Source of the DNA: Tubulanus polymorphus
Taxonomy: Eukaryota; Animalia; Nemertea
Reading direction: 5' to 3'
Length of the DNA: 64,000 bases
Assembly (NCBI RefSeq): GCF_964204645.1
Contig: NW_027437443.1
Coordinates: forward strand, 53,739 to 117,738
A program made the translations under genes and the position numbers. The notes under the pieces were generated by a model. It was not told where the DNA came from, ran no database searches, and saw only the letters and a list, made by a program, of their open reading frames with translations. This document shows, one piece after another, positions 50,201 through 64,000 of the stretch. Numbering within the stretch: the first letter of the stretch is position 1; each line of letters begins with the position of its first letter.

Positions 50201-53030
50201 GTGATAAGACGTCCTCGCATGCATATCATGTAAGGCACAAGCATTCGATGTTCCTAAGAAAGGCCCAAGTAAGGCGGACTCGTATTCATAATAGCAAAAT
50301 TTCGAAAAAGATTATTTGATAATAACGATATTCATATTCGAGATCTATGAAGTAATGATTCAGACGACTATAGAATATTATTACTCCACGCTGTACATCA
50401 ATTACTTAGAAACCCATTCAAGAAGTCATTTGCCACAAGACAAAATCATTAAGCAACCATTCACTGTAGATTTTAATGTCATAATTTTCATCACATTAAT
50501 CATGGATTGATTGTCATATCGAGCAGATGTGCCGGACTAACAGACAAGGCTCCCAAACAGTTAACCACATTGATTTTTATCGATAACTGTCATAATTAGT
50601 AATCCCTTCATATGAGAGAACGGCGTTAATTAATGATTTGACTATTACGTTAATGAAATAATTCAGAGCTGCTGGATGCAGCCTCGCATGCTCTGCCTGT
50701 GACTTCGCACCTGTGGTCTTTAATCTAGTATAAATATGTGATAATTAATGCCTATGTTCTGATAATTAATGCCCACATTTATCATCATATCGTATGATAT
50801 TATGTCCCCCGTAATATTCGTGGTATGCGGTCACTAGCGCATACTTCGAATATCAAAGGATGCGTACCGGTAGGGGATGTTACACACTTCTTAGTCATTT
50901 GTTCACAAAACTCGCGTGAAAAATATATAACTTTGCTGCTGAAATATATTATATACGTCAACATTCGTGATAAAATCTCTTGATTTATTGGTACTAAAAC
51001 ACATTCATGATGACCGTCCAGATTATGGGTCACGATTTCGGTGAATAATAGGACCGCAAGGAAGCCGCATGATTCCTGTTCACCTTATGTAACATTTAGA
51101 CCTGTGAAATAAACGACAAAAATCGAACTTCTTTTCACATATTCAGTGAATCAAGCGATGGGCGGGACTTCATTTTAATCTTCACTAAAACCATCCAAGC
51201 GCAGTTTAAATCTTTATGGTGAAATAAACAGTTATGTGAATGCGTCTTTTCCCTGGACGACGAAATAAATTTGCTAATTATTGTCCGATTTTGAATGCGC
51301 CCCAGATCCATTAGCGGTTTAGTATAGGATTATTATTTATCGTGGGCCAAGGTCCCGTAGAATGGGCAGCATTGCATAACTCGGTAATATGAACCGAGCC
51401 CTTTTATAAGTGGCTGTTTGTAACAGTTGACCACGAGTTCACCGCAGCTGGCTGAACCATATTTTCATTTCATAAGATGCATCATGGACTCCTTACTCAT
51501 TTTGAATAGTCCTGAAAGGAAATCTAATGAAAGACACATGTTTTCTTAGAGTCGTCTCCGAAGATATATACATCTGCTCGCATGATGCAGACATATTGGT
51601 CGGTGGCTTCAACAAATATTTAGCCGTCCAGCAATAAGAGTGCCTTGAATAAAGTGAACGTTGGTGGACCACACGGCTCCGATGCCACTCAAAAAGATTA
51701 AATCGAAACAACACGCTATTCTTAATCAAGTATATATCAGCTGATTAGGTTCTCATGTTTGAGACATGGGAATTTGTTTCAATAAATATCCACTCGCGCA
51801 TTTCGAACTCTATTTGCACATTCCGCATTGTTTATCACCTGGATATTTGAATTTGCCGCTGATAACGTCGGGTTTAATTCCAACAGGCGGGTTACCAGCA
51901 TGTTAGCAAATACACCCAACTACCTTCCAACTTCATTGCTATTATATCGAGTGATAAGTGGCGGCACTCGTGAAAATACGTGTATACATTATGAACTTTT
52001 GAAATCGATGAAAACTATCATATTTCTGCAATTTCTGCAGGTATTATGCATGATCACCCTACGAGCATGATTGCTCATCATTGGACATTTTTTTCAATGT
52101 TATTTTTCTGTCAATTGATTGCATGTCTTAACCTATGTATAAATTTTATATACGGCGCAATAAAAAGAAGTTCAAGTTCAAATCCAAGCTCGTAGGACCA
52201 CCAAATCGGATAGATTTTCGCAAAAAGAAAGCCGTCGTAATTCCTTTATAAAGAAATGAAATTAGTTCCATTCATCTCAACATTTTATTCCTGTTTAATG
52301 AAATGGGAATATCCTGCTAATATGATTAATGTACAGGGAAAGCATGTGTATCAAAGACATAGTAGACGATACGTATCAATAAATTTAGGGCACTATCCTA
52401 TTTCCCTAGAAGAATGACCAGTGATGGTTTTAATGACGTGTTTAGCTTAAGTGCCTACTTATTATATCTAACTACTCACTTAGTCGGAACAATCAACTTC
52501 GATACCACCCTTCTTTTGTATTAATTGGACATTTGTGAGGCCTTTCTTTTTGTGGGAGGTGCTTTCGTGGGGAGCCGGCCGGTCTTTGTATTATAACAAT
52601 AGAATCCAGCGCGCCCAATCAAAGTGAGAGCCACATAAGGTCGAGCTGAGATCCATCAGTTCATCATCGGCAGACACTCTGCGAAGTGCACACGTATACA
52701 TCCTCTTACGAGGTCAGATATACTGCACGGATTAATGGATTAATGGATTTATATTTTAAGCAGACTTTACAAAATACATATTAACTCATTTATTGATAAG
52801 TTACACATTTATTACTCACGACTCAGATTCAGAAGGTAGGTATCTGCTACAGCAGGTCATATAGTTTATGACGCGTATTTGCTGGTGATAAGTTTCACAT
52901 TCTTAAGACAGTTCTTTGGGTTAGATCTTGTATTGTATTGAAAATGGAATTGGTCACTCTTATCTTATTCCTCCAGTTGTAAAGGAAACTTAACCCTGAC
53001 TTTCTTCTTTCTTTACCAGACATCGTCACA

Positions 53031-56000
53031 ATGAGTAAACGCAGTAACCTAGCGTCAGCAGTTGAGGTTATCGATACATTGGAGCCGGATTTCTTGAGCC
53101 CGTTCAAGAGATTGAAAGTTCGGACGTCGACACCAAAATGTTCACCAAACAACGGGCGAAAACTGAAATCGAGAAAAGCCGAAACCGACGAAAACGCCGA
53201 CCCGAATTATGGACGATGTGAAAAAATCAGCGAAAAGATAAGCTGTCTGGTGGCTGGTAAAGGTAAGCCGTGGTTTGGGGTATCTTATGATTGAAACGAA
53301 ACGAAGCTAAAACTGTACTCCTATATCCCTGGGTTCACATCCCCTCCTGTACGCGGATTCAGTATCTCTCTTCATTATCATGATTCTTTAGCCAGCAGAT
53401 GTTTTCTATTAGCCTTACATTGGATCAACGTTTTTTTTGCCCGTGATATCTCCTCAGAAAACGTGTTGACTCCATCGATTCTTTGATGTGATTATTACCG
53501 ACACGCCTCTCGTCTTTAGCTTACTCTATTGACGGAGGGAGGTTTTGTTTATATTGCTTGAAACTTTGATGTATAATGCCGTGGACCGCGCGTAGTAAAA
53601 TCGGTCACAATACAACAAACTAAAAGGCTGAACTTCGTTGCCCTTGCCCTTGACGATGATTAGCACTTCAGTTGAGTTGAGTGTGTATTTTTTGAAATTT
53701 CCAATAGTTGGCACAGAAAAAATGAGGTAAATGAAGTCAGTCGAATCCAGTGCCGTGTACGTCGTCAGATATTACCTGCCTTTTTCGTAAATTTTGCTAA
53801 ATACCAACCGATTACTCTATTTCTTGCATCGAATGATTCGTATGGTTATTTCAATGTTTAATTTGGCATTTTAACAAGGTGGATACGATGATTGAATTGC
53901 ACCCTTGAGTGGAGAACCCTTAAGTACGCTAAAATGCGTTCAAACAGCCGGTCCCGATATCGGAATTAATAATTGAAATATGGAAATCGAGAACCCTGGG
54001 TGTGAATAGTACTTTCAACCTGGCCTATTTTTACCACTAGTTCAGATAGCTTAGCGTTTTTATAGAGCAATGCCCTCTAACTCAATCTATTGAACATTTT
54101 TGGAGAAGATATAAGCATATAAGCCATATCGGAATATCGGAAGTTCTAGAAGGGACTTCTAATCTATGATACTATGCCCCATGGAAATAACAATCTAATT
54201 TTGGATGATTTCGGTAGCGCATGCATTGAAACAAAAGATATTTGGACATCAACGGATAAACCATATGTAATAGTTTGTCAACAGAATTTTAACTTTTGTT
54301 CGAAATGGTAGCTTGTTAACGGACTGATGATACCTCCCCATGTTTGGACTGCGGACTTCGTATGTCCAAACAACTTACAATTCAATTACATCACAGATAA
54401 AAGCAAGTTTAGGTTTCTATACGCCGAGTGGATTCTTTTGAATTGAACCGAGTATTAATGAGTATCATAATTATCTCTATATGTGGTCACGATTAGGACT
54501 AACTTGAAAAAGATTGAGCTATTTGGAGAGATGAACTGAAGTTGCATCAATTGGTTCTAACTCTGTTGAAGTGGTTTTTGGTATGGTGGATCTTCGTCAA
54601 GTGTAGAAGTTGTAGGGAGTGACTTTTGATCTTTCGGTGTAATGGCCCTTCTCGATCGAAAATAGATTTCTTATTTCAACGCCAAATGTCTTTTGAATCA
54701 AAAAGGTCAATGTAGCTCTCTGTTGAGATGGCCGGAATGTTGACTGAAGCATCCTTTGGACTAACCTATTGTTTACGTACCCGATTTCAACTCTTTTATA
54801 TTACATAGACGCCCCATTATCGCTGGATTTAAGAATTTCAAAGATTTCTCCAAGTTTTAAGTTTATTGAGACGTTGTTGACATTTTTCATTATCATCAAT
54901 TTCAACGTAAAGCTATCTGAACAATAGTAGAAACGGGTCCGACCATTTCTGGTGTTTTTTGGTGTTAGTGAAGACCTATGAATGCCCAGATCGGTGGTCT
55001 CTTGTTATTTGGAAGAAATATACGTTTCACGTCGAGAATGATTCAGATTTTGAATTGAAATACGATTCCCTTGGTGGATGAGAAATTCGGACAATATGCA
55101 ACTGGCGAAGAAACTATTTGAATCACAATTTAGTTTTGTAGTTTTGACAGGTATTATATTTGCTAAGGAAACTTTTGGAATCGGAATTGATTTATATCCG
55201 GAAGCAAGGCTCGTCCTGTATGTAGGATTTCCACATCAACAAAGCCATTGAAATATATATGAATATTCGCTATTTCAGTTAAATGTATCCTCATAACTGC
55301 ATGTGGATGAAAAATAAATTGAAACCACTTAAAAATCTGAAGGTGTCTGAAAATGTGTTCAATGGCAGCGAACTGAGAACTCAATTGTTAACTTTGAATT
55401 ATTTATTTCGCTGGTATGAAAAAAATCAATTCAAATATGTTACTCTCAGTCTCTGAAGTGCATGGAACGTATCGTGCTCTCATAGCAACCTAGTTCTAGT
55501 GAAATGACACTTCTAAAAATGTTAATCAGGCGAAGGTATTTTATGACAATACAACGAAGTTCGGTCGTGTTAGTTTCTTGGATATGATTCTTTGCTACAT
55601 TGATTGAAAGAGCAAATCGAATATATTGACACGGAAGCTCATCCTTTCTTCAAAACGTTGTTTTCGTAGATTATTACCATTGACAAAGATTGGGCTCGGT
55701 TGCTGCCCGATGAAGGCGAGACTTCAATTTAGTATTATTACACCTGTTTTGGGCGCTCGTTTTCATTCTGTGGACACCACCTTCAACAAGTAATCTATTT
55801 CAATTCCATAAGACACAATGCAGCTTATAAAATCCTCGCCCAATACCTTTCGTTTTCATCACGAGTCAAATGTTATTACAAGGTGTTTCCATGTAAAGGT
55901 TTATGCCGAGGGGTTCGATTCCAAATTCCGATGACGTCGATGACACCAACTTTCTTCCCATGGACAAATTTTGTAGTTGTCATCAGTCTTCAAATGATGA

Positions 56001-59000
56001 TATACAACGTCTGAGATGTCAACTGTTCGCTGGTTATTTCTACGTAAATGTGATGAAATCAAATTTCAACTTGAAATTCTGAATGAAGTTTGATCATAGT
56101 TTGTCAAATAAAGTTGAAATTAAAGTTAAATATAGTAAATGAAAACATAGTACCGGTAAATGAGTGTTTGCAATGCGCAAACTTGCTGGAATTAGTTCAG
56201 GGTGTATTTTTACACAATAGCTGCAGTCATCATCATATTTGTTTGTGTTGAGCCGCCATATTGTTTCTAACACCTATCAATTAATTGCATCAAATCATAC
56301 AGTATCTCAGTACCAGTATACATATAAAAGCTGGGCTGGAATCTTAAATACCATGCAGTTCCCTACTACTATCCAATCCACTACAGCAATCATTTGGAGT
56401 TTACATACATGTGTTTGAACACATTTGGAGATTTTTCTTCTTGGATAAACATGACTGTTACCAGGTACACGAGTAAGTAATGTCACAATTTACTTTTGGG
56501 GCTATCTTCTAAAACAAATAATTTTTCTTGGCAATTTTCTTTGGGATAGGCGGTGCTAGACTGACAATATTTAGACCCCTAGTGGAATTTCAGTTACTAG
56601 TCCATGCTTTGGCGCCAAGCTCGAAGACGTATCTTAGAATTCATAGGTGATAGACAAAGTTGTTCACAGTTTCTGAAATGCTGTAATTTTGATGTGGGAA
56701 TAGGCCTGCTGCTAGGCTCAACTCGATGCGATACTGAAAGGAGAATGCTTTGATGATCTAACAACACCTAATTTTCACCAAACTATTACAAGAACTTGCG
56801 ATTGCACATCAGCAATTAATTAACAATAAGTTACGGCTATTAGTTACAAGATTAGTCATCAGTGCGAAGCGTAACATTTCTAAACAAAATATCGTCGCAA
56901 TAATCGGGGTTACGTGTATAAATTAACAACAAACCGCTGTTAAAACATTGCACCTTCAGGCAATGCCAGTGACAGATCATCGAAAATCGATCTGTAAACG
57001 AACTTTCAGTAGTTTCTGGCGAAATGTTTTTATACGGGTTTCGCAAGTAAACGCCACGCACGCTTTCTGTATTGAAACTGGTGAAAGTGCTTGTATATCG
57101 ATAAAATAATTTCTGCATATAAAATTTTTATCTGTCCTGCGATGCTCAGTACCTCGTAGACCAGTAAATAGCTGAGATATTGTTACTGTTTACCGGGACT
57201 ACTTCTAAATTTCACAATGACCGTTGTATATTACTCAAGTGAGTGTACTTTAGACCTTTGATATGGACGTTAGGAATTTTCCCAACTTATTCATAACCAT
57301 GTATTTTTTTCTCTCTTCCAGGACAACTCAAACTCGCGATATACGTCAATTATGGATTGTTGACAGTTCACAGTAAGTGTTCGATTTGTCAAGGTCCTGA
57401 ATCAGAATATCACGTTTCAAATTTCTGCGACCTAAAAATTTTGTTTTTTCACCTTTTAGTCATTCAAGGGCGTCATTTGAAATCTCGCTGGAAAGTTCTC
57501 AGTGATTCTTATGTTAAGGTTAGTAACTTAATTCATGGCATTCACAACTGATGGCGCTAAAATCTAGTAAAGATTTGCTTTTCCCTCAGATAGTTTCATG
57601 AATTGTCGGTAGATGGAAGCTTTGTCTATAGTGCATATTCTGTGTCCGCGTCTTCAGATATTATTTAGTTGAATTCAACTATACTACGATATAGAAATTA
57701 ATCAATTTCTAAGAAATTATTATTCAAATTAAGATGACTTGAATATGTGAATATATTGGATATGCTGTGATGGTTTTATTGTCGTGCCTGGATCGTTTCA
57801 CTCTCCGGCGAACTTCGTTATGATATCGTTAACTGTTATTTTTATGCTTTTAGATCTCCCTCGTTCCCGATCATGATCGTCGATCTCGCTGTAAAACGAA
57901 CGTAGTCGCCGACACAAATAACCCTCTTTACGACGACAAATTCTCGTTGTAAGTTAATATAATTCTCCTCATACTACGCCGAATAATGGCCGGCGAAAAA
58001 ACATCGGTTTTACAATTCAATCTGTATACCGACGTTGAAATGAAGATAAACTAAAATTGTACCTACTAATTATACAGTTTAAATCATATACATTCAATAT
58101 CGTTCCTTTTTTTTGTAGTGAACTTCTTGATGAGGATAAGAAAAAGCGACTTTTAGTTTCTGTTTGGCACAAAGATGCAAAGAATGGGTAAATTGAAGCT
58201 TTCTCCTTTATCGATATAACGATTAATTCGAAAACTTCGATTACGAATTATATTTCAATTTTCCAGACGCAGTGAATTTCTCGGATGTATGTCATTCGGT
58301 GTAAAAAACCTTCTACAACCGACTCGAGTAAGTATTGCATCTAAACTGCTCTCGATTTTGGTATAGTTTCGAGTTGCTCGATTCGGCGCAATCTAATTTT
58401 CTTAAGCGTTCTTGAAATAATCGCGAAACAGTTTATCATTTCCACGGTCAATTGTTTCGTCAATATTTTCTCATCCTCTTCAATGATATTCCTGACTTTT
58501 CTCTCTCTCGGGATTGAGAACTAATGTTCACTCGCGATCGAAGTAATCAAATTAAAAACTGCTGTTTACTTTAGTTTAAACATAACGTTTTTAATTATGT
58601 TTGCGCAGCCTGTCAACGGATGGTACTACCTTCTCACCGAGGAAACTGGACGACGAAAACATTTGCCCGCACCGACTGGCAAGCCTGTGTTTGGACTGCA
58701 ACATAAATGTAAGTTCACCCCGTTATTCAGGCAGTAGAATCCGTACGACTTTCTGCTGATTTGTCTTGCAAACTTGATTAAGCCGGACGAATGCACATCG
58801 TCATAAATTACAAAGTAGTTTATCTGGCATTCCACGTGTGCATGTTTGCCAGAATTTGTGAGGGTTTAATTCGTGATTTGTCTGTTCATTCATTTGAGTT
58901 AGATTTATGATTACGCATTAACCGAGCTCAGCATTTGACTGAAGGCACTCTTCACTGTCATCTCACTAGGATGGCGGACGGAGAGGCGGATTGTGTGCGT

Positions 59001-62000
59001 ACATCAGGTTATTCGAATCTAATGATACAAAAACATCATTTGTTGACACGTGTTTATGCAGATGTTAAGAATTTTGCGTAACATGCGAGGTTTTATAGAA
59101 TATAGCTTGGTTGTTCATTATACATTTTCGAAATTTTTTCATATTGTATCATAGTTAAAACGTTATGGTTCTGGGAAAATGCAGGTCGTTTTCAATCACA
59201 GTAGAAAGGTGGATAATACGATTGAATATCCAGATACAGCCTTACACCTACCTAAAATGAATCGTATATACCCTTTTTATTAGATATGTGTTCTAGCTTT
59301 CATGATTGCCGTGATCTTTCTAGCTAATACTTTAACTGAGGTATGGTGTAGATTTTCTGAAGTTGTACCACCATAGCCGATGGGCTGCTCTTTCGTATCC
59401 ACCTATTCTCCGATTAATTGCTCATCTTTGTTTTTCATTAGCTTCAATGAAGAATGTAAATGTAGTTTATTAGCACGCACCGGTGTCTCCTCATTATCGA
59501 GCCGCCGCAATCCGCACACACCTTCATGCGCCGTCATCAATATTCAAAAGTCTCCTCTAGTTGGTATGACAAAGGTGACTTCGAGTTGAAACTATATCAA
59601 AACTAAACTTAGAATCGTTTGTTGAAAGTATACCGCAGTGAACACCGAGAGTCAAGACCTTGCAGGTGCAATATTTATATCCTTCTTTCTAAGAATTCGT
59701 ATCTAGTCAACAAGCATGATTATCGAATCTATGAATGATGTTTAATAATCTTTTGCACGTAGGGCAAAAGAAAATCACGCCGTATTAGCCATTTTCCTTT
59801 CGAAATAGAAATGTATGTTTATATATGAGCTATTCTAAAAAAAAAACTTTGTCCAAATTACGAATTGGAAAACTCGTAATTCACCACCATCAGGGGATCG
59901 TAACGCGTGAGTACTGTGTTCTCGGGGCTAACGGCCACTTTTTATCAATGTTCTCATTTATTTCTCGTTCGCGGGCTCTTATCGCTAATTATAAATCGCT
60001 AATGAAATGTGAGAAATGCGAATGTTTCTCTCTCGGGCCGACCGCGGGAGCGTTTATTTTTAGTCAGTCAACATTGCGCAATAATTCGCTGATTATTTCC
60101 TAATTACTTGACTTATTGCGCCGAATAATCAGCATTTTCGCGATTCATCTGCGCTGATGTATGTTATGATATCGTTTTTTTTTTCATTTTCTGTGAATTT
60201 AGAGGTTCTTTTGACGTCACTACTAGCCCGGGTCCATTATCCAATTTTCCGAGGAGATTTCCGTTCTGAACATGTACATACACCACCGAATCCCATTGTA
60301 CACAAACAGTTCTGATTTCGTCGGTTACAAATTCCTTTCTTGGATGTGAAATTATATCCTGAAATTAATCTGCCGTCTCTATATTGAAATTATGATATTA
60401 ATCGTTAACTGTTAAATTAGTGATAAAACTACGCTTAGTTTCCAACCGGCAATATACCTCTATATCGCCACAAAGAAAATGTTGTTATCCCTACTGGCGA
60501 ATTTTCTCCATGGATTCGTACGATTCGGTCTTTATGATTACTGCTATATTGCTTATAAATTACCCTGATACACCCAGTATAAGACGCTAATTTTCCTTCG
60601 TTCGCTTGAAACTGACTTGAATTCGTAAACGTCAGAGAATTACAATTTCTGATCACATATGTTACCTCTTTGTCTATCTCGCTGCTTATCGTATTCAGAT
60701 GGATTAAAGGAATACATTCGAGTACGTTTGAATAGCGTTGAAAATAATTCCTAGAACGCAGTCTTTTAAATGTTTAAGTTTAGGGGTCTTTCTTATTAAT
60801 TTGTTCGATGAACATTAACGAGGGTTAGAATTTCAAATTAGAATGCTCTGAAGGGTTGGTTTAGAGGCTAATTAGTGTTAAGATATGATGTATGCTAGAA
60901 TCGCTTAATAGGGTACTTAATCTAGTCAATACGTATGTATTATAAATAATATGGAATAAGTTAAGAACTTAGCCAGTTACCGGCGATGTCTACTAGCTAT
61001 CAGCAGTGTTGACGAGTCTCGAATCTGTTGGTGGTAATTTCATCACCGCCTCCAGTTGACATCAGTCAAGTGGCTGTACAGACATCGTCGCTGCATTACG
61101 TCAATTCAGTTCTCTAACTCGGCCGCAAGAAGACAAAGTATAAGCAATGTTTAAGAAATTTTCGAAAACTTTCTGATTTTTTATTTTTTTGTCGAACGTA
61201 TTTCTTTGAGACGTTTTGAGAAATATATATTTATCTCCGCGATTTATATTCGTTGCGAAAACAACTGTAACAGGAATACTTTAGTTAGTTCGGATAATGA
61301 CTATGAACTGTCTTAAGTTAAGCATACTGAAATGTAAGTATAAAAAAGTGTCATACTTACTGCATTAAATGGTTTTTTTGTATTTCTTGTTAAGTTAATC
61401 AACGTACGTTTAAAAAAACTTTAAGGATTCTAAAGATTGTTTGATCGACGAGCTTTTTCCGGGGTTTTTGATCTACGTACTATAAATCATTCGTTTCAGA
61501 CGATGACACGAATTGATTAAACGTGAATTATTGTTTGTCTATTTGCAGCTCACAAGAATATCCCGGAGGTCAATTCCGATGTATTATGGATGGATTCTAA
61601 AACGGTGAGTAATTGAACCCGTTTTTGAAACATGGGCTCGGGGTGCACAGATAGCTCCTTAATTTCGGCCTCGTGATGACATCTTCGAAAAATATTTGTT
61701 TGAGGTTGCGCGCAAGAATATGATGTAGAATGTAAAATAACAAAAAGAAAACACTTTCAGTAGAAATATTCTGGATGAGATTTGTGTTGACCGATTTATC
61801 ATAGATTCAAACTAATCGACTTCAAAGTGTCGTTTTGTTAATTTGGTATAGAAGCGAATCCCACCGGTGTTAACACCGGTAGGAGGAAATTTGATAAATA
61901 TTTATGATGGCGGTCGGGCCCAATTAGGTAGTCATTAATACTAGATCATTGATCGGTACAGTGAACGGCGACACGGGTGTCAGGAATTATTGATGTATTT

Positions 62001-63952
62001 AAGGGAAGCCGATGATGGAGTTAGTTCATGATATCAAAAATATTTTCGTTGATATCTATTAGTGTAGAGTGAATGCAATTACTCAAGTAATTCATTGTGT
62101 TGACAATTTATTTGTAAAATTGCTGACAAATTTAATGTTCGGTGTGTCTGAAAATGTGAGATCGACGCATCTGTTTCATCGTCGCTGAAGTTCGATGATT
62201 GATTTCATCAGATTCTACGTTAAGAAGGGACCCATATTTCTGCACTTGCTGGTTATTCCATGATTTCATAATTTCACGCGTGAAGATTGAGGGGCTTGTA
62301 TATATTTCAACTCAGGACTGTGGGACTAGTTCCTGATTTAGGCAAATATTTCTAGCAGCGGGCATTTAACGTCTTCATACGTAAGTCCATAAATCAAGTT
62401 ATCCCTGATCAGGTTGGTCGGCCCTGAGCGCGGGAATATTCTCTTATAACGAGATGACTATAGCGATAACTAGATCCTGATCCGATGAAGTGCAGTTACG
62501 GTACCTAAGCAAATTATACCTTTATGCCTGGCATTCTCTATACGTATGGAATTAGGCGTCAAGTATAGTGAGTTGTGATTAAGTATATAGCGTCAGCGCG
62601 TGAGGATTAACAGGGTGTTGTCTCTTACACCAGCAAAGCTCTTCTATAACTTCCCGCGGTCGGTTGGTTGCCCAAGCATGATTCGCGGTATATTTCTGGT
62701 TTAACGATTTTCCATCCTAAAATCCGTCTCAGCCGATCTAGATCAATATTACAGTAGCCCACATGTAGTTTATCCAAACCTCTGTAAGATTCGAGCCACC
62801 TCTCATTGTTCGATAACTAGTCTCATCTGCTGATAACTATGTCAAAGGCGTTCATTTTTTGCATTTTTGCGCTAACCTCGTCGTCACATAGAAAAACATT
62901 GAAAATCCATACGAAGTATGAGAGATACATTTTGATAGTGGACTTATGGGTTTTGGGTCAATTAAGTTTATTTGATTTTGTTTTAGTGCAATGAATTGAA
63001 TATTGTTGTCATTTGTTATCCCCCGAATGCAATGACTAACAGCTATGGAATCAATAATTGTAGCTTTTGCGATATTTCATCAGAAGTAAAGCAATATATA
63101 TAAATATATGAATATCTTCTGAATAGTTCTTTATCTTTCTAGATTTCCATACAGAAAAGAAAGTCAGGATATGGATTTACATTAACCGGTGCTAGTCCGG
63201 CCTATATCAGCAAAATAGAAAAAGGTAAATAAATATACAATAAAACATCCTGGTTCTGATAACGGCTATAGCGTGACAGGATAAATCAGGTTGTCGGAAA
63301 AAGAAATACATTTCTACTCATTGGAGTGTATTTTGTGATAACTGTGGGGGTCATTGTGCTGTCATACGTATCTGCAAAAAATCTGAAAAAAAACGTCTGT
63401 TGTGGAAGAGTTATACATTACTGCATATGATATTGGCCTGTAGCGGGCAGTATTGAAAATGATGAATTCATTTTTCACGTCCTCAGAAACATGTCTCGAG
63501 TATTTAACTATTCTTGACGCTTTTATTGGACATTAATTGCAAGTGAATACTCATTTCGCGTAGTTACCTTTGCCCGTACACGTATAAATAGAACTAAGTA
63601 CGTGTTGAAGACTTTCAAAGCTTGCCACATGATTTGAACAAAATCCGCTTAATTTCCCTCGAGGATATTCGGTGCTTAATTAATACACTGATTGACGTTT
63701 CAGAATTCATTTTACAGTAAACTGCATTAAGTGCATTAATTCTATCACTCTTGTTTCTCCCTCGTGTCATGCTATGGCTATTAAGGTCATTCCCGGTTCT
63801 CTGTACAGTTTCTAATTCATTTTCGACACGATTTCAGATTCCCCGGCTGACGAAGCGGGTCTCCAAATCGGTGACTTCATAGTTCGCATAAACGGTCAAA
63901 ATGTTTCGCGGTCGACTTCTGAAAGCATCGGACGCATTATTCGATACGAAAG
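53031..63952 (+). CDS. C2- and PDZ-domain signalling protein of the RGS3/PsGEF type, 3'-partial; exons 53031-53262, 57322-57372, 57460-57518, 57854-57948, 58119-58187, 58267-58327, 58609-58708, 61549-61604, 63143-63224, 63838-63952
   Basis: C2 domain GQLKLAI..LLTVHIIQGRHL..DSYVKISLVPD..CKT..NPLYDDKFSF..RLLVSVWH..EFLGCMSFGV..VNGWYYLL; PDZ GYGFTLTGASP..DSPADEAGLQIGDFIVRINGQNVS. All splice phases are compatible. Confidence 0.85.
61297..61333 (+). CDS. Candidate alternative first coding exon (MTMNCLKLSILK) of a C2-less PDZ isoform
   Basis: ATG...AAAT/GTAAGT with a phase-1 donor compatible with the acceptor at 61549; Inr-like TCAGT motifs lie at ~61062-61110. Confidence 0.5.
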
Positions 63953-64000
63953 GTAAGAAACAAAAATATAAACTCGATTATGAATACTTTGAATTTATCC

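Overview
Eukaryotic (metazoan, probably invertebrate) nuclear DNA with AT-rich GT-AG introns. It is not prokaryotic, so most ORF-track entries are single exons or spurious antisense frames. The first ~47 kb is a gene-dense cluster with almost strictly alternating strands: MEPCE(-), ZCWPW1-like(+), DCAF17(-), SSR3(+), FBXW5(+), AP3M1(-), LRRIQ3-like(+), MRPS2(-), SPCS1(+), then two tandem GPI-anchored Ly6/three-finger genes(-). It contains four head-to-head gene pairs and many intronic MITEs. The last ~17 kb is a repeat-poor region holding the 5' part of a large C2+PDZ signalling gene (RGS3/PsGEF type) that runs off the window. Highlights: (1) the MEPCE-ZCWPW1 divergent pair matches the human arrangement; (2) a recently duplicated pair of miniature 8-Cys three-finger proteins with mostly amino-acid-changing divergence, carrying a dead copy of the SPCS1 last exon; (3) a tRNA-derived SINE and a LINE fragment sharing a 56-nt 3' tail; (4) a TAG...CTA DNA transposon with 9-bp TSDs in long and internally deleted forms; (5) a U12-type intron in SSR3; (6) an SQ-rich coding minisatellite in ZCWPW1; (7) a candidate C2-less alternative first exon in the C2-PDZ gene. 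Gene names come from recalled family motifs, not from database searches, and exon coordinates were read by eye.
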